Counted from the whole stretch's first letter, positions 45,915 through 60,142 are shown. The stretch is 62,585 nt of DNA, filler included, from Hausera hauseri (GCA_046269625.1; 11 parts of 11 records of this genome joined end to end with filler, not necessarily neighbours in it), one strand, 5' to 3'. The notes: generated by a model from the letters alone, not told the origin. Numbers and translations are program-made.

Positions 45915-47642
45915 NNNNNNNNNNNNNNNNNNNNNNNNNNNNNNNNNNNNNNNNNNNNTTAATTAATTAANNNNNNNNNNNNNNNNNNNNNNNNNNNNNN
46001 NNNNNNNNNNNNNNCTACACTAAAACCAGAAATGTCTCATTGACTTTTTTGTTTATATTGTTGAAATCAGAAGTTTACATACACCGTTCTAACTGACCTA
46101 AAGCAAGAGACGTTTGGTCTGGTTTAACCTCAGACAGTGAGAAAAAAAGGGTGCGTGTGTCTTTTTAGTAGCTGTATGTAAACTTCTGGTTTCACCTGTA
46201 ATTGCATAAAGTGGTCCAAAAATTAGACTTTTGCTTTATCAGGTAACAAAAATCTGCGATATACAGATATCTGTTCTTATTGCACCTTTTAAAAGTGACA
46301 GAAATAAACAATCTCGGGGCCTTTGTAAAGTGTTTTTTTTTTTGCTCACTAAATAAAGTCTTTGCTTTACTTTTTATTGATTCACTAATTGAAGAGTACG
46401 TGACAAGTAAGTTAAGTCCCACGAACCGGAGTATGAACGAAAATTTCCTGAATGCCAGTTCTTGGGACAAGACAATACATGTAAACTAACGAAGATCTAG
46501 CAACTTAAGACAGTTGTGTAACATGTTGGATACAGTTTGAATGTCAGTGCCGCTCACATTTAAAGAGCTATTACCAATGCCGAAGTAATGCATGTGTCCA
46601 ATCAACCTGTAGGTTCTGGTTTTAAGTCTGAAGACTGCGTCATTATTCTCTCTACATTTTCACCTGGAACTTATTTGTATCATCCCAGTTCACGTCATTT
46701 GTCCCTACTGAGGCATTGGCACCGTCGCTAAACAGCGTCACCCGTATGCTGTTGTTTCGTCACATAAATTATAATGACAGATTACACTCGACTATCTAAA
46801 TAAGCGCTGCTGTTGTCATCTATTTTCCTGGTACCTAATTTTTGTGGCGGGGTGGACCTCTGAGTCAGTTTGGTTAAAAATAATCAATCTCTAGTTGCTG
46901 GGAATTTATGACCTTTCAGTGCCACTAGTGCTCCTCTGTTTTATTAACTTTTGTAAATTGTAACTTCAATAATTACAATCTATACATTTTCTATGTACAA
47001 TCTTTATGTATGTACACATTATAAAAAAAGCTATAAATAATTTTTACACGTAAGGGAAATTGAGAAAAATTGTCACAATTAAATCTCCAATTGCGTTATC
47101 TGGACTTGCAAATGTAAATGGGGTCTACATTTTTTGCTGCCACATCTCAACACACAAATTGCTGGTTGAAATGACAGAAGTACTTCAATATCATCTGGAA
47201 CATTTCCTCTTTTGCATAAGGAGCATCTTTTAATTTAAGAAATAGTGGTCGGATTCTCGACAATTCAATTTCAACTTGTTCTCTTTTCTCTTTCATAAAA
47301 CAATTGATCTGAAACATCTTCAAATTTGATGTTCACAATAAAATTCCTGTGCTGATGGCTGAAATGTCTCTTGGTAGAGATTAAATTTAGCTATCTTCAA
47401 TTCACATTGGTATCTGACAATGCCGTGCTTTGTTTTCAAAGATTCTTTTGACTGATCATCACTACTGCTTTAAATATCAGAATCAGTGGTACAATGAATT
47501 TGCAAGGTTTTCAGTTGGAAACATGTTTTTGTTTTTCGAGATCTGGAGGTCGGTTCAAAGTTTCTTTTTTGCGTGCGAAATAATTTCCAATTTGTCTCAG
47601 ATTGTTGTAGACTGTGGTAGCGCCCAAGCCCGCGGCACCACA

Positions 47643-50600
47643 CTACCCCTTTACGGAAACGACACTGCATTAATGAAAAGAAAGTTAAAAGACAAAATAG
47701 TAAGGTGTAGAAGAACTATTGAAAAAAGCAAGTTTTTGTTGTGATTGAAACTAAAACGTGAAAAAAATTGCATCTTTATATGGACAAGGTGTTAAATTTT
47801 GTCGACATTCTGTTCTATGCTGTATTTGCTGAAGGTAACCGTCTTATTTTTTTACTGTGTTGTTTGGCTGCTTGCTGAGTTGGTTTGTAGGAAGTTAAAT
47901 TTTGATTTGACGTGTCAGCAGCTTGAGAACAAGTCGGTATGTCGTTTTGCGTAATGATTTGAGTTAATGCAGGTTTTGGAGTAGCAGGTTGTCGTGCAGG
48001 TAGAATGGAACAAGGATTGAAAGAATCTAGAAAGTTTTGTGTGGATTTAGCTGAAGATTCCGGTGTATCATCGACAAAGAATTCAGGTTTTACGTTAGAT
48101 ATGTAAACGTATTGTTCCTTATCATTTTTTAATATAGTAACTGTATGTGAAATAACGTTGAGGACTTTAAATGGTCCTACGTAGTTTGGTTGAAAACCAG
48201 AGGGTAATGGATTTTTTAACCAAACGAACTTGGCATTAAATAGTGAGTCGGGTAAGCATGTTTTATCTACATGTACTATTTTACAGAAAGAATCCTGGCT
48301 TAGCTAAACAAAGTTATTTTGTGCAGACCTAATTGTTACGCCATTTGGTGTGTTGTCCAAGTCGGTGAGCTCAAAAAGTTCCCGAATTGTGGTACTGAAA
48401 GTGCTTCAGCAGGTGCGCAACCAGTGGTAGTAGACGGCGTGTTGCGCCACCCGAGTAAGACAAAAGGTAGGATGGTTGTTCAATTCTTATGACCTTCGGC
48501 CAGGATTTTTAATGAGATTTTGAGAGTGCGATGAAAATGTTTTAATAAGCAGTTCGACTGGAGATTGTATGGAGTTGTGTGTATGTGGTGTATGCCCAGT
48601 CGATTAACTAGAAATTTGAATAGATTAGACTCGAATTGAGGACCTTGATCTGTAATTATGTAGCGAGGTGAACCGAACCGGCTAATCCAGATCCTTATGA
48701 ATGCGTCGGCAATGGAGTCTATATTGATGGAGCGCAAAGGGACGACTTCCAGGCAACAAAACGCGCGTTCCATCATTGTTAAAATAAATTGGTGGTCGTT
48801 ATCGGAATGTAATGGGCCAACGATATCTGTTGAACTGACTCAAAACGAGATGTACATGGGAAATGAAATAATGGTGGTTTAAGATATTTAGCAACTTTGA
48901 ATTTTTGACAAGCTACGCATTGCCTAACCCAACTCTGTACATCAGACCTCATTGATGGCCATGTTACGTGACGTATGAGAAGGCGGAATGTAGCCTTGGA
49001 ACCTGGGTGATGCAAAGAATGAACATGTTGAAATGCAGATTGTTGAAGAGTGGGTGTCAAAATTGTCAAATGTTGTCCAGGTGTCGAAGTGTCCATGGCT
49101 ATTCCATCGATGATCTGTACGGATTTATATTGTTTCAGAATGTCATTGGCAGGTGGATTTTGGATTAACTGGTCCTTTGAAAAAATTGGTGTGACGCTAA
49201 TTGCACCGACTGAACGTGATAGGATGTCAGCTATTAAATTATCAGTTCCTGAAATATGGCAAATTTTAAAGTTGAATGTTGAAAGATATGATATATGGCG
49301 TTCTTGTCGCAGTGATGGCTGTTTCATGTTCATTACGTGATTTAGAAGTTTGTGGTCAGTTTGCATGGTGAAGGAGCGAGCGATAAGCAAGTGTGAAAAA
49401 TGTTTCAGAGCTAAAACATAGCCAGAAGTTCTCTATCGAAGGTAGAATAGCGGCGTTCTTGTGGCTGCAGCTTGCGTGAAAAAAATTCTAACGGTTCATT
49501 TATACCTTGAGATATTTCATGAAGAACCGCTCCTACTGCTGTAGTCGATGCGTGGGGTTGTTAAAATGAGCTCAAAATCAGGTTTTGGGTAGGCTGAAAT
49601 TTCAACTGTTTTGAGCTTGTCGCGAAGTTCATCGAAATGGTTAGTAAGTTATGGCATCCAATATGAGCTTTTTCTTCGGCCCTACTCCTAGTTGTGCGAA
49701 AGCAGCCGTTAACTGGCTACAATGTGGGACGTATTTATGTACAAAATATAAAGTCCCAAGGAAAGTACGCATATCAGTAGTAGTTTTTGGTAACTCGATG
49801 TTTCGTAGCTGATGGATTCTATCAGACTGTGGACTGTGACATTCAGGTGTGATGACGTGGCCAAGGAAATTAACCTTTTTCTAAAAGAAGGAACATTTAG
49901 AAAAGTTCTCTTGCAAATTGTAGTTGTGCAAGCGTTGTAAAACTAGTCTGAGATGTTCTTTATGTTGTTTTGGTGATGTGATGCGACTAGTATGTCATCA
50001 ATGTATGGATATGCAAATGACAAGCCTGAAGGAACTAAATCGATGTGCCGTTGGAAAGTTTGTACCGCGTTCTTTAAACCGAGCGGCATGAATGCGTACT
50101 CGAAAAGACAAAAAGGTGTTATAATTGCCGTTTTTTGGGATGTCTTCTGGTGCTACCGGTATTTGGTGGTAGGCTTTTTCGAGATCTATGGTTGAATAAA
50201 TCGTAGTCTTGTGTAAAGAATGCAATATATCCTTAATCAACGGTAGAGAATAAGTATCTATGGTTGTGACACTATTAAGTTGTCGATAGTCGCCGCATGG
50301 ACGGAATGTGTCATCTTTCTTTGGGACGACATGGAGTGGTGATGCCCATTGTGACTTAGAGCGTTTTATTAGGCCGGTTTGTTGGAGTGCAGAAATTCCG
50401 CTGGTATTGCCTGTCGACGGCGTGGTGAAAGTTGGCGGAGTTTCTGTCTAACTGGGTTAAGGTTTTCTGTAATGATATGATTAAACGTCGTGTTATCCGG
50501 TCGAAATGTTGGGTCTTTTCTAATTGTATAGAAACAAAACTTGGTTATATAGTGTTGTATTTCTTGTCTAAGTATAGTAAAGGCTGTTGTTGTCACGGCA

Positions 50601-51923
50601 GTGGTTTGATTGGACTTAGTGTGTGAAATGCTAGAAATTGAGTCGCCTAAATCGTGCTTGTCAACACTTTTTGTTTCTCTATTACTGGAATGCGACGAAA
50701 TTGTTGTATTATTTTTATTGGTATTAATGATGTTCTTATTCGTGTCAGCTGATGGTTTTTTTAATATCGATTCTATAGGCGAGATAGGTTGCGTGATTTG
50801 TTGGTTATTTATAGAGGTAGGTTTTATCAAACTGCTCTTGATGATCCGACGTTGTCTGCAATCTACAAGGAAGTTGTAGAAAGGTAAGAAATCAGATCCA
50901 AGTGTTGAAGATTGTGTCGGCAACGATGGATATCCAATTGAAAATGTCGAAAAATGGTGGTAACGTAAATGAAACTTTGGATGTGCCTAAAATACGTAAA
51001 GCTTGGCCGTTTGTAGTATATAGTTTGGTGTTAGACGGTGAGATAAATAGTGTTTTGATGGATGGTGGTAATAAAGAAACAGCTGCCTCAGAGTCAATGA
51101 GGAAACTGATTGATTAATTGGATTCAGAGGTTAAAAAGCTTTTAATGTAAAAACGGAATAAGTACGGCTATTGGATTGAAGAGCTTTGCCTGTGCCAGTA
51201 TGTGCCGAAACATCTGGCGGCTTTATAAGTTTTTTGAAGGCACGGGACTTATGTTGTTGGAAAGAGTAGATCATTGTGAAATAGATCGGTTAGCAAAAGT
51301 GCAACCGTTGATGCAGTTTCGGGCTTTATTGTTGAACGTATTGTAATAAATGCAAACAGTGTCTGATTTTTGAAAGGCTGGTGTAAAGAATTTGCACCCC
51401 AAGCAACATCTGCTGTATTGGTCCTTGAACTTATTGTGATAATAGCACACCATAGGTCGAGTAGGGGACATAGTGGATTTAGAACTGTGTGATGAGGCGC
51501 GGCTATGACTAATGTGAATCTGTCTCATCGCGGCATAGATAAATTGTCCAGTTTAGAAGTTAGAGCAGAAATGGCTTGGTGGATTGCCGTGTTTCCAGCC
51601 CGGAGAGCGTTTATTTTGTTATTCAACTCTACAATTTCTGCATTGGGCGGTGTTATAGGTGGTTGTAATGTGTCTGTGACAATAGAAGTATGTTGTGTAT
51701 TTAGTATTTCGTAGCTTTTATCAGCCAGTTGTTCTAACTTTTCTAATTTAGCGGTATCTTCAACTACTGTTAGTAAAGTGCGTATTTCTTTCGGTAGTGA
51801 TTAAAGGAAATATCTGCGCAATAAGTCGGCGTTGTTGGTCTGGTTAACTCCCAACTTGCTTAATTGAGTCAAAGATGTTTGCAAAAATTCGGAGGGTTTT
51901 AATGTGCCTATAGTGTTTTCATT
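47643..51923 (-). mobile_element. CsRn1-like Gypsy copy 2 (partial gag-PR-RT-RH-INT, PPT), degenerate
   Basis: Two CHCC motifs, FLIDSEAAVS, RPCGDYRQLN, YIDD, TDH, HSLHHPG..CVACQ, ITDQGPQFES, PNYVGPFKVL. Purine tract AAAGGGGTAG then TGTGG at 47652-47638. Confidence 0.92.
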
Positions 51924-52774
51924 NNNNNNNNNNNNNNNNNNNNNNNNNNNNNNNNNNNNNNNNNNNNTTAATTAATTAANNNNNNNNNNNNNNNNNNNNN
52001 NNNNNNNNNNNNNNNNNNNNNNNGACCGACACGGGGTTCGTCGGCGGGCGTCGGAACGACGTTTTCCGCGGGAGGTGGCGTCTCGCTGTGCGATCCGGCT
52101 CCGGTCTTCGCTCCGGGTTAGTATGGTGGAGACGGTAGGTTCGTCTGTTCGGTTAATCTGACCGGTGTTTGATGATCGGGGTATTTTCGGGATACGATAC
52201 CCCACCGGCAGAGTAGTTTCCCCTTGCTCCTGGACGGCCGCGCGAGGCAGAGGCTCGCCAGGCTTCACAATGATCCTTTTCCCTTCCTTGGTCGAAGTCT
52301 TGGATGTTTCTGGCATCTGTTTCTGGTTTTCCTTCGGTCTGGACATCTTGTTGGTTCTCGACTTTTTCGTTTTTGAAGATTTCTGTCAATCCTTGAACTG
52401 TGGATTTAAACAAATGTATTAAATCCACAGATCTTGATTTTTTATTTGTTACAAGTGCTGGTCGCCTCAGCACTTGTAATCATGATTTTATTATTTTTAT
52501 TTGTATTTTTGTGTTTGGGATTTTGTAGTTTCATGGGTTTTATGAATCCGTGATTTTAACTTTTTAAGTTATTTTATTTTGATTATTTTTTGATCATGAT
52601 TTTGAGAGATTTAAATTTTATAATGTTTCACAGGAAGATTTTTTGATTTAATTTTATTTCAAATATTTTGCAAGGTGGAACCTTACAATATCTAACAGAT
52701 ATAGTTAACAGAAATTGAATTATACAAATAGAGAACAAGTTTCAAATGTCAACAGTCTGGACAGGATTTCTTGA

Positions 52775-53870
52775 TCAAGCTACGCACATAATAGCTCTAT
52801 GCTCCAAGCAGAATGGTCGCTTGCATTGCGGACAAGCCCAAAATGTTTTTCTGTCTTTAGAATCTGGGCAATATGCACATCGATCACTTTTCTCCAGTTT
52901 AATTGACTTCCTGTCATCAAGAAGTTTGGACAAAGAAGGTGTAACAACATGATATCCCAAGAAGTTTATTGCTAGCTTCACATTGTCCTTAAGTCGACAG
53001 TCCTCCATGCAACATTTGATCTGCTGGTCAACACTCTGATAGCCCGCATTCTTCAGAAACTGAAAATGGGCTTCTTTTGGCCTGACACGGTGGTTACCGC
53101 GGTCACTGAAGATGATACATCCATTGTTCGCTGCTATATCCATGAGTTTGGAGAAGATGGCATAAGTCCAGCGTCTGCATTTCCTTTTGCATGAGTATCC
53201 ACGGACAAGCTTATCAAATATGTCCACGCCAGGTGTCGTCCGATTGTATTCCAATACCCTGACACACTTTGCATTGTCTTGTGGAACAGGAACCGTCCGG
53301 TGCAACATGTCTATCAAGAGTACAGCTTTTGTCCCTTTATACCAGAAAGATACGATAGAGATTCCTTGGCCATTGTAATAGACTCGAGTGACATTTCTTG
53401 CACGGATGGTGGTTGATCTGGCTATGGGAGGAACTCCAGGCTGTTACTACGCAATGTTCCGATGTAAGACGTTTTCTTGAGCTTCAACTCTTCGGCGAGT
53501 TCAACAGAAGAAAACCACTTATCGGCAGTTGGGTGTTTACACATGTTAAAATAGGGTTGCATCAAGTGCATAGTTACGCCTTTGGCTGTGACGTTTTCTC
53601 ATGATGAAAGAGAGCCTTTACCGATATAGACCACAGCATTGAGAACGTAATAGGATTGAGCATCACACAGCCACATCAATTTAATTCCAAACTTGCCAGG
53701 CTTGGTGCTTATATATTGTTTGAAAAGAACTCGCCCGTGGAACTCTAACATCTGTTCCTTGTTTGTCAACCACTCACTGGGCACAAAGATTTCTCACAGC
53801 TTCTTGATAAATGCACTCGTAATCTCTCTCACTGGTGCCAGAGGGTCTTGTTTGTCCGGTCATAGTAGGT
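52775..53870 (-). mobile_element. piggyBac (PGBD4-like) transposase pseudogene
   Basis: DPLAPVRE, EQMLEFHGRVLFKQYISTKPGKFGIK, YNRTTPGVDIFD..YSCKRKCRRW, C-terminal Cys-rich RCAYC..CPQCKRPFCLEH. Confidence 0.9.
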
Positions 53871-53909
53871 CGTCAGTAGGTAGAAGTGAGCGTTCTGCCG
53901 CACTTTTCT

Positions 53910-54263
53910 GATTGGTCCGTGGAACATTTTTCCCACCTGATTGGTTATTCTGAACATTTCGCTAAAAATTTCGGATAACCCCCCTGGCCGAAAATGAGGT
54001 CGAGTAATTGACTTTGAACTAGGTGATATCGATAGCCCGTGACGATGTGAGCAAAAGTTAATATAGGTGGGGTATACGAAAAATGTAAGGGAGAAGAGCT
54101 AGAAGAGAAAGAAGCAAAACAAAAAATGCTCCACGTGGAACACGAAGCATGCTGCTAGTACTGAAAAAATGTGTACAAGGGGTAAATCGATATTGGCGAT
54201 TGCAATGGACACTGTTATAAGTCGGTCAGACCACGGTAACATGGAGAAAAATCGATGGGAAAT
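53910..54263 (+). repeat. Second copy of the repeat at 45590-45914
   Basis: Colinear similarity, read directly. Confidence 0.85.
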
Positions 54264-54429
54264 TTTCAAAGTGGTCAAATTTCCCCATGTTCAAGTCTGC
54301 CGGTGATGAAAATTGGTGTAATACATTGCTTATAAGCTGTGAAAAATTTCATATTATAGCCACCTCACGATCAGATCAATGGATCGGGGTGAAAAATGCA
54401 ATCAAACAAACGAACGAACGAACGACAGT

Positions 54430-56720
54430 GAAAACTCTAGTAAGACGTGGCTCCACTTTCATGAACTTTGGCTACAATCCAACGGCATTACTGACTCGTT
54501 AACCAAAGCCCATTATCTACTCTACCTTCTACCAAACTCCATGAAGACCTCAATCCATAACTTAGTGAACATCTTTCAACACTCTGACCCTTATACGCAA
54601 TTGTTCAACGCTGTATTAAAACTAACAGAAACACCAATTGACTCCATAATACAACGATTCTTTAATGAACACGCAATGGGGACACAAAACCTAGTGATTT
54701 CTTACGCACCTCTTTGGCCCACTCACGTACCCTGGGTGTCACAAAGGAACACAATCCGGATCTACTTTGCCGATATTTCCTTAATGCTTTACCCATTCAA
54801 ATTAGGGCTTTACCTACTGTTGTTAAGAATTCTACAGCTTTAGCTAAACTAGCTGAATTGGCCGAAAAGCACACGAAGTTTTACAATTACAATCACAACC
54901 CATCGTATTAGCTGTAATGACGACCGACGACAGTCAATGACATGCACCTATCGTACACCAGCTGAACCAATTACGCACCGAAAATGTGACACTACAACAT
55001 GCAATTAATAACATCAATGATAAGCTGAATGACCTTTTCTCACATCGACGGAATGCTTCTTCCCCTAATCGAACACTTTCTGTTTTAAGAAATCGAACAC
55101 CGTCACCAACGCGGTCATTTATGTTATTATCATAACAAATTTAATAGCAAAGCAAATAAATGCTGTTTAAGGTGTAGATATTATTCCTCTCATCTACACT
55201 CAGATAAAATTATTTGCATCTATCGTGCAAAATTGGGATCTAATTCTCGGAGTTGTATTTTAGGCTGTAAATATAAAACTAACCATAACTACATCACTAA
55301 TAGACGTCCCAGTTTCTCTAAAATTAACCGTCCCAATTCACGAATCCAAAAAACTGATTTCGCCGTCAGTATTCACGGCAGAATCTGGCAAAGGCAACTT
55401 ACCCAATTCTTGTTGACACACTTCTTTTGCAGTCTTTACCCTAAAAGCTGCCATCTCTACTTCTAACATTCAATCCATAGACTTTCTCATCAATACCGGT
55501 GCAGCGATTTCATTACTAACACTTTCTTTTCCGGTTCAGTATCCTTCACTAAAAACAAAACCGTTATATACCGCCTCCGGTCAACCCACTGATATTGTCG
55601 GAACTTGCAAATTATCTTTCACGCTGCCAAAATTTTCCTTACCATTCCATTGGATGTTTACAGTCGCTAACGTCCAGACGGCAATACTTGGCTCCGATTT
55701 CCTGTCACACTATAACTTGCTAATCGATTGTAACCAACGATGCCTGAAATCAAATACACTTGAAGATTGTAGTACAGGAATGGGCAGCACCCCGACGACA
55801 GCACAGCCAACGGTAAGTAGACATTCAATCTTAAAACAGTCAATACCTCATACTAATTCTCTTAACTATTACGTTTTACCTCGTAAGCTGTCAAAGGACA
55901 ATGTCGATAGCCAGTCACAGCTCAATATCGTCACTCACGATCTTGTTTCTTCAGTAAAATCGTTGAACAACTACACTTACTCAAATAAGGTTTCAGACAC
56001 GACCATTCTACATCAAACTCCACTCGATTCCTTACCAACAGTGAACCAACATTCACTGCTAGCAACCTTGGTTCATGGTCACTCCCAATATTCCAGCAAC
56101 TACGCGTAAGTTTATAACAACTCATTAATACTTCTTGTCCTCGTATTGTTCAGAAAAATCGGAATTTCACCCCTGTAAAAGGCATTTACCACCATATAAT
56201 TACACAATACCAAAGACCAATTCGACAAAAGGTCCGTCCATTGTCACCGAGTCGCATACAGGCAGTAGAGGTGGAATTTTTTGAATTCGAACAATCAGGT
56301 ATTGCCCGTAGATTTAAATCTCCAGGGTCTTCGCCTTTCCACATTGTCCAAAAAAGATGGATCCTTCCGACCATGCGGCGATTACCACCAACTTAATACT
56401 TTAACCATAATGGATGCATATCCACTACCATTAATCAAAGGCATATTACATCGGCTTAATTCTACTACAATCTATTCAATAATTGATTTAGCCAAAGCTT
56501 ACCACCAAATTCCTGTCACACCGGAAGACATCGAGAAAACTGCAGTTACCACACCTTTCGGTCTTTATGAGTACTTATACATGCCTTTCGGTCTCCGGAA
56601 TGCTGCACAGACTTTTCAGCGACACGTTGACTCAATCCTTTCAGACTTCCCTTTTGCTCATCTATATACTGACGATATCTTGGTTATTTCTGTTAAACAA
56701 CACGAGGAACACTTACGATC
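54430..56720 (+). mobile_element. CsRn1-like Gypsy copy 3 (gag-PR-partial RT), degenerate
   Basis: WLHFHELWLQSNGITDS (homologous to copy 1 gag), doubled CHCC, FLINTGAAIS, ILGSDFL, RPCGDYHQLN, MPFGLRNAAQTFQR, YTDD. Confidence 0.9.
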
Positions 56721-56946
56721 TATCCATTTCACCAGCATGCACTCGATAATTGTTTCTTCCCTCTGCGTTCGTATTTCTGTTAAACTCACCAGCTTTGAAA
56801 ACTGATCAATAATAACCAACATATACGGATACATGCTATCTTTGTCNNNNNNNNNNNNNNNNNNNNNNNNNNNNNNNNNNNNNNNNNNNNTTAATTAATT
56901 AANNNNNNNNNNNNNNNNNNNNNNNNNNNNNNNNNNNNNNNNNNNN

Positions 56947-57095
56947 AAAAAAAAAAAAAAAGAGACAAAAAAACCCCCCAACCCAAAAAAAAAAAAAAAA
57001 AAAAAAAAAAAAGACAATATATAAATAACAAAAAAAACAGAAGAATAAAAAACAACCGGAATCAAAAACAAAATAAAAATTAAAAAACTAAACAT
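56947..57095 (-). CDS. nad4: Mitochondrial NADH dehydrogenase subunit 4, 5' fragment; low quality near the contig end
   Basis: Position directly after nad4L; hydrophobic MFSFLIFILFLIP start. Confidence 0.75.
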
Positions 57096-57097
57096 TT

Positions 57098-57373
57098 TTA
57101 ATAAACATCAACTAAAGTTGTATAATCATTACCAACCTTCCGAACAGAATAAACAAGAATTGAAAGACCTAACACCCCATCACAGACACCAATAACAATA
57201 AAACAAATTAAAAAATAAAAATCATATCTAAAAAAAAAAAGAAAAAAAAAAACTAAACTGTACAAACCCAAAAAGATAAATTCAATACCCAATAAACATA
57301 AAAAAAAATGCCTACAAAACATAACAACTAAAAAAAAAGAAAATACAACCGAAAAAAATATTAAAATAAACAT
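57098..57373 (-). CDS. nad4L: Mitochondrial NADH dehydrogenase subunit 4L
   Basis: HFFLCLLGIEF, VCDGVLGLSILV..GND. The ATG at 57373 is preferred because the one at 57400 overlaps trnT. Confidence 0.93.
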   Translation of the reverse strand: MFILIFFSVVFSFFLVVMFCRHFFLCLLGIEFIFLGLYSLVFFFLFFFRYDFYFLICFIVIGVCDGVLGLSILVYSVRKVGNDYTTLVDVY

Positions 57374-57395
57374 AAGTTTAATAAAAAAAATTAAA

Positions 57396-57459
57396 TACAT
57401 AATAGTTTAATTCAAAAACAATGGTCTTGTAAACCATAAATAAAATTCATTTTATGTAA
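57396..57459 (+). tRNA. trnT: Mitochondrial tRNA-Thr (UGU)
   Basis: Acceptor TACATAA/TTATGTA; anticodon arm ATGGT-CTTGTAA-ACCAT. Confidence 0.92.
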
Positions 57460-57462
57460 GTA

Positions 57463-57529
57463 TCAGAAAGAGGAAGTTTCTCCCTTCTTTAGTCTCCAAA
57501 ACTAAAATTTTATTTTAAAATACAAACTG
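57463..57529 (-). tRNA. trnP: Mitochondrial tRNA-Pro (UGG)
   Basis: Minus-strand anticodon arm TTAGT-TTTGGAG-ACTAA; canonical position. Confidence 0.9.
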
Positions 57530-57531
57530 AA

Positions 57532-58044
57532 ATAAAAAAATTAATTTTATTAATCTTATTAAACTCCACAATAACAATATTTATAAAACATCCTATTTCT
57601 ATAGGATCAATTCTCATAACTCAAACTTTCCTCACATGCATTTTAACATCATTCCTAATTAACAACTCGTGAATATCATTTATTCTCATTTTAACAATAC
57701 TAGGAGGCATGATAATTTTATTTACCTACATAGCAAGAATTTTATCAAACAAAAAATTTAAACCATCCAAGACTTTAATAATCTCAACTCTAATTTTAAT
57801 TCTCTCAACCCTACTAACAAATTACAAGTTTCTAGATACAAATATCAACGAACCCCATCAAATAATTATTAACCCAAATGAACAAGCAAAAACAATTATA
57901 AAATTTTTCTCCTCAAACAAATCTAATCTAACTTTAATATTAATTTTAATCCTTCTAATTGTATTAATTTCAATTACATCAACATGCTCATCATTTAGGG
58001 GACCACTTAAAAAAACCTATGAAACCTATACGAAAAAAAATTAA
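57532..58044 (+). CDS. nad6: Mitochondrial NADH dehydrogenase subunit 6
   Basis: ATA start; MKHPISMG, LGGMMILFTYMAS, GPL in the invertebrate mitochondrial code. The first TAA overlaps the cob start by 26 nt. Confidence 0.93.
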
Positions 58045-59137
58045 TATTAATAACATGTTAATTGATCTCCCTTCACCATCAAATATCTCTACATTATGAA
58101 ACTTTGGATCGCTCTTAGGACTTTGCTTATCCATTCAAATTTTATCAGGAATTTTTCTAGCTATACACTATTCACCCAACATTAATCAAGCTTTTGAAAG
58201 AACAATTCACATTATGCGAAATGTAAATTATGGATGAATTATACGTAACATTCATGCAAACGGTGCATCAATATTTTTTCTAATTTTGTTTATACATACA
58301 GGACGAGGAATTTATTACGGATCATATAAACTAAAGAAAACATGAATAACAGGAAATACAATTACCTTATTAATAATAGCTACAGCTTTTCTCGGTTACG
58401 TCTTACCCTGAGGACAGATATCTTTTTGAGGTGCAACAGTTATTACCAACCTTATTTCAACTATCCCATACACAGGAGAAGAAATTGTTAAATGAATCTG
58501 AGGAGGATTCGCAGTAGAAAACCCTACACTCAATCGATTTTTCACATTTCATTTTATTTTACCTTTTATCATTACAATTGCAGTAATTATACACTTAAAT
58601 TTTTTACATGAAAAAGGATCATCTAATCCCCTAGGAATTAAAAACTCTATAGATAAAATTCCCTTTCACCCATTCTTCTCAATTAAAGATATAATAGGGA
58701 CATCCTTAACTTTATTAACCTTCTCAACCTTTATATTCTTTAATCCCTCAATAACTATAGACCCAGAAAATTTTATACAAGCAAATCCTATAATTACCCC
58801 TATTCATATTCAACCAGAATGATACTTTCTATTCGCATATGCCATTCTACGATCAATTCCCAATAAAATAGGAGGAGTCATCGCACTAATTTCATCAATT
58901 CTATTACTAATAACTCTATCATTTTCAATTAAATCTAAGTTTCAAAGAATAACATTTTACCCAACAGGAATAATTGTTTCATGAACATTTTTCAACTCAA
59001 TTATTCTACTCACATGAACAGGAGCAAAGCCAGTTCAAGAACCATTTATCCTAACGAGTCAAATTTTGTCCATTATTTACTTTTCAACCTTTATTGTTTT
59101 ACCCCTAACACTCAAGAGCTGAGATAAAATTAATTAA
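58019..59137 (+). CDS. cob: Mitochondrial cytochrome b
   Basis: 1119-nt frame in code 5: [64 protein letters not shown]. Confidence 0.98.
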
Positions 59138-59202
59138 GTTGTCAAGCTTACAGCACTTTAACTTGAAATTAAAGAAAAGATCTTAATTTAATCTAACAAC
59201 TT
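59137..59202 (+). tRNA. trnS2: Mitochondrial tRNA-Ser (UGA)
   Basis: AGTTGT/ACAACT acceptor; anticodon arm TTTAA-CTTGAAA-TTAAA. Confidence 0.9.
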
Positions 59203-60142
59203 TTAAACAATTACAAAATCTAATGAAATAAATTAACAACTTAAAAACAATCTCACAAACAAATAAGTTAAGAATTAAAGGTAAATAGCACCTTCAAGAC
59301 AAATATATCAACTTATCATAACGAAATCGAGGCAAAGAACCACGAACCAAAATAAATAAAAAACAAAAAAAAAAAGACCTAAAAAAAAAAAAAAAAGAAA
59401 AAACATCAGAACCAAAAAAAACTAAACATCTTAAAAAACTCATAAATATTATAACACCATACTCAGATAAAAAAAATAAAGAAAAATTGAAAGCACTATA
59501 CTCTAAATTAAAACCAGAAACTAACTCTGACTCCCCCTCAGAAAAATCATAAGGAGAACGATTAGTTTCAGCCAAAACACAAGAAAAATATATAAAAAAC
59601 AAAGGAAAAAAAAAAAAAAAAAATCAAGAATAAAACTGAAAATAATAAAACTTAATTAAATTTAATCTACCATTAACAACAAAAAAAAAAACAAAAATTA
59701 TAAAAAAACAAACCTCATAAGAAATTCTCTGAGAAACACAACGCATACTCCCAAGAACAGAATACAAAGAATTAGATCTTCAACCAGAAAAAATAATGAA
59801 ATATACTCCAAAACAAGAACAACAAAAAAAAAACAAACCACCAAAATCAAAAGAAAAAAAATTATAATATAAAGGATACAAAATTCAAAAAACTAAAGAA
59901 ACTAATAATCTCATCAAAGGAATAAAAATATAAATATAAAAATTACCAAAAAATATAAAACCAAATTCCCTTCTAAAAAGCTTTAAACCATCTCTAAAAG
60001 GCTGAAACAAACCGCCCAATCCTACCCTACAACAACTAAATCGAAACTGAACAAACCCTAAAATTTTCCGCTCAAACAAAGTAAAAAAAGCAATCCCCAC
60101 TAAAACAAAAAGAAAAATAAATAAACATCCTAAAAAAACCAC
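59203..60142 (-). CDS. nad1: Mitochondrial NADH dehydrogenase subunit 1; 3' end uncertain (first full stop at 59183-59185, inside trnS2)
   Basis: GTG start; TLFERKILG, QPFSDGLKLF, ISYEV, AETNRSPYDFSEGESELVSGFN, PRFRYD. Single frame in code 5. Confidence 0.96.

Noticed and set aside
47602-47642. 3' LTR of Gypsy copy 2
   Set aside because: The TG start after the purine tract is plausible, but there is no second LTR to define its extent.
52024-52480. GC-rich ORFs and a 12-bp hairpin (52449-52479) as a gene or piggyBac terminus
   Set aside because: No motif recognised and no partner TIR/TTAA end found.
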